Positions 48,094 to 55,533 of a stretch of DNA of 64,000 bases are shown here, one piece after another. Origin of the DNA: a bacterium (GTDB lineage: Bacteria; SAR324; JACQKK01); contig OZ251219.1 of assembly GCA_965240465.1 (NCBI GenBank), forward strand, positions 1,088,001 to 1,152,000, given 5' to 3'. Position 1 is the stretch's first letter. Each line of letters opens with the position of its first letter. The notes under the pieces were generated by a model that searched no databases, was not told where the DNA came from, and saw nothing but the letters and a program-made list of their open reading frames with translations. Made by a program: the position numbers and the translations under genes.

Positions 48094-49734
48094 TTATTGT
48101 AGCAGAGATGCCTGCCTATGTGTGCTAATGTCCTTATTGGCGGAGACTCTGCCTCTGGTGGTTATGGTGTTGTTGAGGTGTGTGAAAAGAGGGCTGAAAA
48201 CGGGTTGGAATGATTGTACTAATTGGGCCATGGTTTGGGCAGCAGCTCGGTAGGCGGGGTGTCCTTGTTCTGTGGAGCGAAGTTCGGTAAGCCAGATGAG
48301 GGAACGCAAGTTGATGTGCATGTACCATCGCACATGGAATGCCATGGGGATGACATATTGGGCTTCTTGAGGAAAATCTTTGGCGATCTGCTGATGAGCA
48401 CGGGCTGCTTGTTGCATCAGTTGGGCGAATTGGTTATTTTGGCTGGCGGCTTGGATTTCTGGTGGTATTGTCCAGCCTAGTTTGGGAGTGAGGAGCTGTC
48501 TTTGCTGGGTGAGCATACGGTGACGGTGGAGGTCACGGAACATGCCATAATCAGCGGTGCATTCAAAGGTATAGAATGCGAGTTCGGTGGCTCGGGGAGG
48601 TTTGTGGCGGCGATTTCCTCTGGTTTTGCCCAAGTTTTCAAAAATGGTTCTTAGTTCTTGCTCGCTTTTGGATTGCGTCCAATGGTGCAGGGTTTCTAAA
48701 GGCAGGAGGCTTTGTTCGTAGCCCAAGGCGGCTGCTACTCGGGCGGGAGCGTCGGTGTCGTATTTCAATAGCCTGATTTGCTGTTCAGTTGCTTGGGGTT
48801 CAGTGTCAGGCTGCCGAGTTGTTTGAGAATCTTCTGTAAGTTGGATTGCTTGTTTATCAGCCCATTGCTGTAGGTTTTTATTGAGTTCCTGCCAGTAATT
48901 TTGCTGAGCTTGGAAGTGTTTGTTTTCGAGTTCTGCTCTACGGACAAAACTGGGAATGACTTTTTTCAGCTCCTGCAGGGCGGATTCCGATATATGACGG
49001 CACTCTGATAAGGGAGAATTAGCTAATCGCTGCAAGAGGGTTTCAAAGAAGCGTCCATTGCCAAAGATTCCCATGTTAGTCAGGGCAGAGGTAGGTAAAA
49101 TTCCTCGGAGGGAGTCAAAGGTTTTCGTTTTTACTATTATGTTCCATGATTTCTCGGGGATATTCTTTTTGGGTTGGGCGTCAAAAAAATCAAACATGGG
49201 CTTCCAGAGATCTTGGTAGCCCTGAAACAAGTCGTGGCAGGTTTTCAAATAAAGTTCGCGATGAGCAGATGCAAGCAGGCGAGGATCTCGGTAAAATTTA
49301 TATTCGCCTTGGTGCTGGTCGGCAAAGGATAGATAACGGGTTGATTTTTCCAGTGAAGAGCCGCCAATGCGGGAATCTTGCAGGGATTTGGCAGCCAACA
49401 TGGAAATTTGCTCTAGAGCCAGATGTGCTCCCCCGAGTTCTCCCACGCTGTCGTCTCCGTAGTTATCCAGTACCCGACGGTAGAATTCTTCGGCACGTTG
49501 GATATCCAAGATCTCTGTTAAGGGTTCTTGTTTTTCGGTGGTATTTTCAGGGATAAATTCTTTCAGTAACAATTCACGCAAGCCGTGTTTTGAGCGTGAG
49601 TAGCGAGAAAACAAAGCTCCTTTGAGTACTTCTGGCAGATTACACAAGGCAAAAATGGGTTTTTCTAAATTTGTTACATAAGGCCTTAATAAACGGCACT
49701 GCTGGGCATTCCAGCTATTTGAGGTGGTATTCAT
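48094..49734 (-). CDS. thyX: FAD-dependent thymidylate synthase, long two-domain form
   Basis: GALFSRYSRS, YGDDSVGELG, EKSTRY, RGILP, RDLHRHR, QYVIP.A..VRW...NLR...ELR...GHPAYR. Confidence 0.88.
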   Translation of the reverse strand: MNTTSNSWNAQQCRLLRPYVTNLEKPIFALCNLPEVLKGALFSRYSRSKHGLRELLLKEFIPENTTEKQEPLTEILDIQRAEEFYRRVLDNYGDDSVGELGGAHLALEQISMLAAKSLQDSRIGGSSLEKSTRYLSFADQHQGEYKFYRDPRLLASAHRELYLKTCHDLFQGYQDLWKPMFDFFDAQPKKNIPEKSWNIIVKTKTFDSLRGILPTSALTNMGIFGNGRFFETLLQRLANSPLSECRHISESALQELKKVIPSFVRRAELENKHFQAQQNYWQELNKNLQQWADKQAIQLTEDSQTTRQPDTEPQATEQQIRLLKYDTDAPARVAAALGYEQSLLPLETLHHWTQSKSEQELRTIFENLGKTRGNRRHKPPRATELAFYTFECTADYGMFRDLHRHRMLTQQRQLLTPKLGWTIPPEIQAASQNNQFAQLMQQAARAHQQIAKDFPQEAQYVIPMAFHVRWYMHINLRSLIWLTELRSTEQGHPAYRAAAQTMAQLVQSFQPVFSPLFTHLNNTITTRGRVSANKDISTHRQASLLQ

Positions 49735-49743
49735 AGATTTTTA

Positions 49744-50382
49744 TTATTGAGCCCTAAAAGCGGCGGTACCGCCAAAGCCGTTGCAGAATTCCCAAGGTTG
49801 TTTGGGGCGGTGGGGCATCCAGCCGACTTCTATTCCTTGGGACTGCAAGTTAGTGCGGATTTGGCGAAAATTAGCAAAGCTATCGGTAGTGACCCAGAAG
49901 AAATAAATGTACTCTTCTGGGGGATGACGAAGTCTGGCAGTTTTCCAATGGGATGATTCTGATTGTGCTTCGGTCCAGCTTTCGCCGTTTAGATTTAGAG
50001 GGTTTATTTCCAAGCAGTAGATTTGGTTAGAGATAGGAAAGAAGCGAATGTTGAGTTGGTTTTCAGGGGTAGCGATGTTGATGGGTACGGCAGATGAGGG
50101 AGTGTTTGCCAGTGCTAGATAGAAAGGCTTGAGATCTAGATAGTGAATTTTATTTTCCGAGATAGAAAAGAGTGCGAATTTTTTATCGGAGGGGTGTGAC
50201 CAAGGTAGCTGGAGGAGACGGCTTTCAGTAGGGGAGGCTTCAGGTTGTACTGCTGAGAATTGAGTTAGCATAGCCATGAAGGCAGCCATGATTATCAGGA
50301 TCCCCACGCTGTTGGATACAATGTCCACCAGAGAGTCTAGACCGATCTCAACGCTATTTTTTCGTCTTCTTCTGGAGGGCAT
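49744..50382 (-). CDS. Divergent ExbD/TolR-like single-TM protein
   Basis: Basic N-terminus RRRRK, GLDSLVDIVSNSVGILII TM with Asp, C-terminal FFWV..DSF..F..IR..L...G.EVGW.P; downstream of an ExbB-like gene. Confidence 0.55.
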   Translation of the reverse strand: MPSRRRRKNSVEIGLDSLVDIVSNSVGILIIMAAFMAMLTQFSAVQPEASPTESRLLQLPWSHPSDKKFALFSISENKIHYLDLKPFYLALANTPSSAVPINIATPENQLNIRFFPISNQIYCLEINPLNLNGESWTEAQSESSHWKTARLRHPPEEYIYFFWVTTDSFANFRQIRTNLQSQGIEVGWMPHRPKQPWEFCNGFGGTAAFRAQ

Positions 50383-50385
50383 TGG

Positions 50386-50430
50386 TAGTTTGGGGCGTGA
50401 TAATTTGGGGCGTGATAGTTTGGGGCGTGG
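50386..50430. repeat. 15-bp tandem repeat x3 immediately upstream of the 50382 start codon
   Basis: TAGTTTGGGGCGTGA TAATTTGGGGCGTGA TAGTTTGGGGCGTGG. Confidence 0.9.
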
Positions 50431-50451
50431 TGAAGAATTGGCAAGCTGAAG

Positions 50452-51060
50452 CTATAATGACGGAGAATAATTAGCAGAGGGTAGTTCCCATCCTGGTAGA
50501 AAGGGTTCTAAGCCGATTGCCAAGCGGGATGATTGTTCTATCAGCTGGGAGGCTATTTCGTAGCTTTCCAGTCCGTCTGTATGTATCAGCAGGATGGGGT
50601 ATCGTTGGATGCGTAGGGAATGGGCTTCGCCGCTAAGGTTGCTGGTTTCCACTTCGTGTAGCCAGGAGATGAAGCTATTTTTGAGATTTGGCTGCTGGGG
50701 GATAAGATGTTTGAGGGCAAACCATACTTGCTCTCGGGAGGCATTAGTAGGCAAGGTTTGCAGGACTTGTTCGGTAAGGATTTCGAGCTGTTGTGCTTCT
50801 TTTTGTAAATTTGGCAGTGAGAATTTTCTGGTGGGGTTGCCATTTTTTTCGTGAAGCCAAATGCCGTTGTTACGGCATTCCAGTAGCAAGGGGCGGACGT
50901 AATTTGGTGCACCTACCAGTTTCAGTTCGGTTTCAATTTTTGCGGGGGTGACTCCTGGGGTTTGTAGCAGTGCCAGCAATGTTGCTAGAAAGGAAAGCAC
51001 TCCCATGGTTCCTAATTGAACGCTTAGGAAGGGAAACAGAGAAAAACCTAGCTGACGCAT
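50452..51060 (-). CDS. Second divergent ExbD/TolR-like single-TM protein
   Basis: FSLFPFLSVQLGTMGVLSFL TM with no acidic residue; C-terminal YPILLI..DG..SY..A..L.....IG.EP resembles its neighbour. Confidence 0.45.
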   Translation of the reverse strand: MRQLGFSLFPFLSVQLGTMGVLSFLATLLALLQTPGVTPAKIETELKLVGAPNYVRPLLLECRNNGIWLHEKNGNPTRKFSLPNLQKEAQQLEILTEQVLQTLPTNASREQVWFALKHLIPQQPNLKNSFISWLHEVETSNLSGEAHSLRIQRYPILLIHTDGLESYEIASQLIEQSSRLAIGLEPFLPGWELPSANYSPSL

Positions 51061-51122
51061 AATAAGGGATTGTAGCTACGCGGGAAAAAATAGCTGTTGC
51101 AAAGTTTAGGGCAGGAGCAGAC

Positions 51123-52244
51123 TCAGCTCTCTGTTGGTTCTTGTGCCGAGACGGGGGGGATAAGAGCGGTTTTCTTACTTTTGGTCGTTAATTCAGACGG
51201 TGGTTTTTGTTTAAGCAGACGTTCAGTGAATTGCCTAACTACGGGTTGTAGACCCGCTAGCTGATGGTTCATGGTCTGGCTTTGAGTGGATAAATTATTG
51301 ACTAGCGGTTTGAGTTCATTGACCCAAGCTTGAGAAAGCTGAGTAAGCTGGTTGAGGTGGGCTTTATAATTTTCATCGGGAGCAATGCTGTCAGCCACTT
51401 GCAAATGAGGGAGGATATGCTCTAGGCAGTATTCTTCCAGAGCGATCAGCAGTTCTTCTTCGTTTTTTTGTAGAAAGGAGGAGAGCATCATAACAGGAAC
51501 TACCAATATCAAGGCTAGGAAGGTGGTATTAAAGGCGACTGCCAATCCGCTGGTGACGCCTGCCAGGGCCCCACGGATTTCATCACCGATGGCGGCATTA
51601 CTGCTGGTGTTCTCAATGAAGGAGGCAAATTCACCTACCGCATCTCCAATGCCCAGTACCGTGCCAATGAATCCCAAGATGGGAATAGCCCAAATGAATA
51701 CTCGCAAGGGGGTGTAGCTGGCTTCTAGTTTTTTCAGGTCTAGTTCAGATTGGGAATCCAGAAAGGAGGTAAGGCTCTCTTTGTTGTGAACAGATGGTTG
51801 ATGCCTCAGCAGTCTTTGTATTCTAAGCCAAGCAGTGGATATCAATAGTCCTGAGGTCTTTTTGAGGGGCAGATTTTGTAATTGCAGCAGGGTATCTTTT
51901 ACTTGCCAAGGCTGAACGCCATTACTAAAAACGTTTTTGGCTTCCGTAGAACTCAGATGTTTTTGCAGGCGGAGTTCCCTACGGAATCTTTTGTACCTGA
52001 GTCCCAGCAAAAAGAAGGAACAGAAGGTGAACCCTATAATTATCTCCGATATGCTGTTATCAAACAGTGCTAGCAGGCTATCTTTTTCCAGCAGTGGTAG
52101 GGGAAAAACCTCGTAGAAGATGGCAGTAGAAAGAATGGCTAAAAAGGCAGAAATAAGCAAATCGGCAGCCCCTTTAGGGGACGTAGAGCTGCGAAGTTCG
52201 CGGTCGTTTTTGTTAGCGGAAGTTATTGTTTGAGGCATTATCAA
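51123..52244 (-). CDS. MotA/TolQ/ExbB proton-channel family protein
   Basis: WAIPILGFIGTVLGI...GLAVAFNTTFLAL; two additional N-terminal TMs; helical C-terminal tail. Confidence 0.88.
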   Translation of the reverse strand: MIMPQTITSANKNDRELRSSTSPKGAADLLISAFLAILSTAIFYEVFPLPLLEKDSLLALFDNSISEIIIGFTFCSFFLLGLRYKRFRRELRLQKHLSSTEAKNVFSNGVQPWQVKDTLLQLQNLPLKKTSGLLISTAWLRIQRLLRHQPSVHNKESLTSFLDSQSELDLKKLEASYTPLRVFIWAIPILGFIGTVLGIGDAVGEFASFIENTSSNAAIGDEIRGALAGVTSGLAVAFNTTFLALILVVPVMMLSSFLQKNEEELLIALEEYCLEHILPHLQVADSIAPDENYKAHLNQLTQLSQAWVNELKPLVNNLSTQSQTMNHQLAGLQPVVRQFTERLLKQKPPSELTTKSKKTALIPPVSAQEPTES

Positions 52245-52442
52245 AAATGTTAGGTTAATTGATTGATCATCACGCCAAGAGCATCAGCAATACAAAGGAC
52301 ACCTTCAGCTTAGCATGATAGTTTGTCTCAGGTGAATAGGCTAAGCAAAGATCTACTTCCATTTACAATTATGATTTGGAAAACTTTTTAGAGGTGTGCT
52401 GAGGAGCTAAACCATTTGCCGAATAAAAAAGGGCTAACTATT

Positions 52443-52724
52443 TTATTCAACGGCTGTTTGGGGTTGAATTAACTCCGTGATCTCCACGGCGATCCGTCCT
52501 CCACGATTTATGGCTCGTCCTTTGCCGATGTGTTGCTCATTGGCATAGATGTCCAAAGGGGTGCCGATTTTTTTATCCAGCAGCACCATTGTGCCTGCTT
52601 GCCAGCTAGTGATTTCAGTAAGGGTGTAGCGTTTTGAGCCGAGTTCTACACGCAGTTCTACTTCAACGCCGCGGTTTTGGTCTGCGGTAGAGAATCGGAG
52701 AGGAGCATCAGTTGCGGATGACAT
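52443..52724 (-). CDS. FliM/FliN C-terminal (SpoA) domain protein, FliN-like
   Basis: VELRVELG....L.EI.....G..V.LDK..G.PLDIYAN...IGKG.......AVEITE. Confidence 0.82.
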   Translation of the reverse strand: MSSATDAPLRFSTADQNRGVEVELRVELGSKRYTLTEITSWQAGTMVLLDKKIGTPLDIYANEQHIGKGRAINRGGRIAVEITELIQPQTAVE

Positions 52725-52823
52725 TGTGGTGATTGGGTGGGGTGTTGATAATTATAATTCATTCATGCCCGTATTTATAGCATAATGTAACGGTTTGTTG
52801 TTTATCGGAGAAATAGAATAGCG

Positions 52824-53951
52824 ATGCATATTAAAAGTACCAGAATAAAGAACTATACCTTGCATCTTAATTGTTCAGTTTCTGTCTTGCCTGGAGGTGG
52901 TAGGATACGCTTACGCGAGGGACTGGAATTGATACTTCAGGATGGTCAACAAATACACGGCTATGGCGAGGCAGCTCCATTGGAAGGCCATGGAGTTGAG
53001 ACATTGAATCAGGCCTTAAATACCTTAAAGACAGAAACTAAATTTACATTAGGGCGGAGTTTTAGTGACATCCAGCCATCACGAGGATATTTGCTAAAAG
53101 AGGATAAGAATTGGAGTTCTTGGCTGAGTGGGTTTCATAATTGTCCTTGTGCTCGTTTTGCGATGGAGACGGCTTTATTGGATTTATTTTCTAGTCGGTC
53201 GGGATTGCCTTTATCAAAGATGCTGTATTCGCGTTCTGTTTCTGTGGTATCGGTGGGGGTATTATTGGGGAGTGAAGATATTTCATCTTTAGCGAATGAA
53301 GCCAAGCAGAGGGTTGAAGAAGGTTTTTGTTGCTTGAAGGTTAAGTTGTCACCTAGTTTAAGCAGGGCTGAGCAGCAATTGAGTTGTATTCGCAAGGCGA
53401 TTGGCAGTTCTGCCAGTTTGAGGGTAGATGTACAAGGAAGATGGAATGAGGACGAGGTACTAGGAAATATAGAGAAATTAGCTCAATTTGGTTTAGAGAT
53501 GGTGGAGCAACCAGTTGGTATTCAGGGATTTTTAAGGCATCCTGAATGGCGTTCTCAGAGTGCGGTACCGCTGGGGTGGGATTATAGTAGTACTTCAGCA
53601 ATTGATCTGGACAGACTGTTGGGAGAGAGAATGATAGATATATTGGTACTGAAGCCGCATTTTGTTGGTGGGGTGCTGCGTTCATTGTCTTTGGTGGAGA
53701 AGGCTATTAAGGCGGGCATTTCTGTGGTGGTGACTACGGCGATGGAGGGTGTAGTAGGACGAATGGCGGCCTTACACATGGCATGTGTAGTAGATTCTTT
53801 ATGTCAACAGGCTAAGCTTCCTATTTATGCACATGGCTTGGGGACGGGGGCACTGATGCGGGAAGACCTTATGCCAGACCCTTGCCCGCCTAAAGATGGA
53901 CAAATAGAAATTTCCCAGCGGATGGGGCTGGGCTTGAAAAATAAGGCTTAG
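52824..53951 (+). CDS. menC: Enolase-superfamily enzyme, o-succinylbenzoate synthase-like
   Basis: REGL, GYGEAAPL, KVK, LRVDVQGRW, EQP, VLKP..VGG, HGLGT; no other men genes in the window. Confidence 0.7.
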   Translation: MHIKSTRIKNYTLHLNCSVSVLPGGGRIRLREGLELILQDGQQIHGYGEAAPLEGHGVETLNQALNTLKTETKFTLGRSFSDIQPSRGYLLKEDKNWSSWLSGFHNCPCARFAMETALLDLFSSRSGLPLSKMLYSRSVSVVSVGVLLGSEDISSLANEAKQRVEEGFCCLKVKLSPSLSRAEQQLSCIRKAIGSSASLRVDVQGRWNEDEVLGNIEKLAQFGLEMVEQPVGIQGFLRHPEWRSQSAVPLGWDYSSTSAIDLDRLLGERMIDILVLKPHFVGGVLRSLSLVEKAIKAGISVVVTTAMEGVVGRMAALHMACVVDSLCQQAKLPIYAHGLGTGALMREDLMPDPCPPKDGQIEISQRMGLGLKNKA

Positions 53952-53976
53952 TACGGGCTTTTAAGGTTGGCATTTA

Positions 53977-55431
53977 TTGAAAATGTTTCACGAACCTAAA
54001 TCACTGAGCTGGTTATGCGAGCAAGGGGTGGAAATTCCACTTCCACAGCAAGTGTGGATTGAAAAAAGCGTTCCTTTGGAGGCAATCTCACCTGGGGCTT
54101 GCTTGATGCCCGGTACTAGCATTAGTGGTGAGAAATCACGCTTGGAACGCGGCTGTGTGGTGAGTGAAGCTGCGGGGGTGTCGGTTATTAATACTCACGT
54201 GGGTGAGGGTAGTCGCTTGGGAGTGTTGGGCCCTTTGGTTTTGCGAGATAGCTGTGTGGGACCAAATTGTGTGCTGGGTTCAGGGAGCGCGGAGCAGTCG
54301 GTTTTTTTGGGTGGAGATGCTGGTGAACATAGCGTGACGGGTCTGGGGTTCTCAGCCCGCCAAGGTACGCTGTTGGAAGAAAATGCACGGGTAGGTCAGC
54401 ACAGCGATACCAAAATGAGCATTCTGTTCCCTTGGGTTACTTTAGGGAGTCAAGTCAATTGGTGCGATGTTTTACTCAGTGGCGGCACGGGAAGTCAGAA
54501 TGGGGCTTTTACCGAGGTGGGTAGTGGCACAATACATTTTAATTATACCCCCCGCGGCGATAAAGCTACCGCCTCCTGCTTGGGAAATGTAACAAAAGGA
54601 GTCTTCCTGAGAAGTGAGCGTATTTTTATCGGGGGCAATAACAGCTTGATTGGCCCACTTACAGCCGATTTTGGTGCCATCACCCCGGCAGGAGGAATTC
54701 ACAAAATGCACTTGGCAGGAGAACTCAATTTCCCATGCCAACCCCCTCAAACCCCCCATGCTCTTCAAACCCCCCATGCTCTTCAAACCCCCCATGCCCC
54801 TCAAACCCCCCATGCTCTTCAAACCCCCCATGCTCTTCAAACCCCCCATGCTCTTCAAACCCCCCATGCTCTTCAAACCCCCCATGCCCCCCAATCCATC
54901 GTGCAGACAAAACCATTTGATGTTAATAATTATCGCTATATTCAAAGAATTTATCAGTCTCAAATGCACTTTGTGGCTGAACTATGTGCGTTGGAAGTTT
55001 GGTATCGGCAGGTGCGTCAGTATTTGGCAGCTTCTCACGCGGGGAAATTATTTTTGTATCGGCAAGGAGCAGAAGTTTTGAAACTCAATCTGGAATTCAG
55101 ATTGAAAGAACTCACCAATTTGGCAGTGAATATGCAGAATTCACTGGCAGCTTCATCCTCACAGGATGACAGGGTTCGCTTGCAACAGCAGTCGCTGCTG
55201 AAACACTGGCATGCAATTATGAAGCATGTCCACACGATACGACAACAGCCATGGAACGCTCCCTTATCGCTTATAAAAGCCTTAGACAAAGCCGCAGCCC
55301 AATACGACTGCTATACAGGTGTGATAAAATCCTTGCCCGAAGTAGCAGTTCAAGCAGGGATAGCTTGGCTGATTGAAATTACCCAAGCGATTTTTCCTCC
55401 AGAATTTCAGCAGCTAGATAAGATTGTTTGA
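53977..55431 (+). CDS. GlmU-related left-handed beta-helix (hexapeptide repeat) protein
   Basis: GTLLEE.A....DTKMSILFPWVTLGS.VNWCD.L..GGT....TEVGS..IHFNYTP.GDKATAS; no nucleotidyltransferase motif recognised. Confidence 0.65.
   Translation: MKMFHEPKSLSWLCEQGVEIPLPQQVWIEKSVPLEAISPGACLMPGTSISGEKSRLERGCVVSEAAGVSVINTHVGEGSRLGVLGPLVLRDSCVGPNCVLGSGSAEQSVFLGGDAGEHSVTGLGFSARQGTLLEENARVGQHSDTKMSILFPWVTLGSQVNWCDVLLSGGTGSQNGAFTEVGSGTIHFNYTPRGDKATASCLGNVTKGVFLRSERIFIGGNNSLIGPLTADFGAITPAGGIHKMHLAGELNFPCQPPQTPHALQTPHALQTPHAPQTPHALQTPHALQTPHALQTPHALQTPHAPQSIVQTKPFDVNNYRYIQRIYQSQMHFVAELCALEVWYRQVRQYLAASHAGKLFLYRQGAEVLKLNLEFRLKELTNLAVNMQNSLAASSSQDDRVRLQQQSLLKHWHAIMKHVHTIRQQPWNAPLSLIKALDKAAAQYDCYTGVIKSLPEVAVQAGIAWLIEITQAIFPPEFQQLDKIV
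54748..54891. repeat. 18-bp in-frame tandem repeat x8 encoding QTPHA(L/P)
   Basis: CAAACCCCCCATGCTCTT units; units 3 and 8 encode Pro at the last position. Confidence 0.97.
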
Positions 55432-55533
55432 TGGAGATAAGAAAGATTATTCCCCAGCAAGAAGGATTTAATCATTGATTAGATAGGGTACATTATTAAT
55501 ACTGAAGATAGAACCAAGAGCGAGCGTCATAGG

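Noticed and set aside
49744-52244. Zorya (ZorAB) or flagellar stator MotAB
   Set aside because: Neither partner shows an OmpA-like peptidoglycan-binding motif, the ExbB-like tail is short, and no ZorC/D/E-like genes are adjacent.
52795-52835. Sigma28 promoter for the fliN-like gene
   Set aside because: A CCGATAA -10-like element exists on the minus strand, but there is no TAAA at the required spacing.
54472-55081. Alternative-frame repeat ORFs (MGGLKS, EEHGGF, NPPCSS, KPPMLF)
   Set aside because: By-products of a stop-free 18-bp array inside the longer gene.
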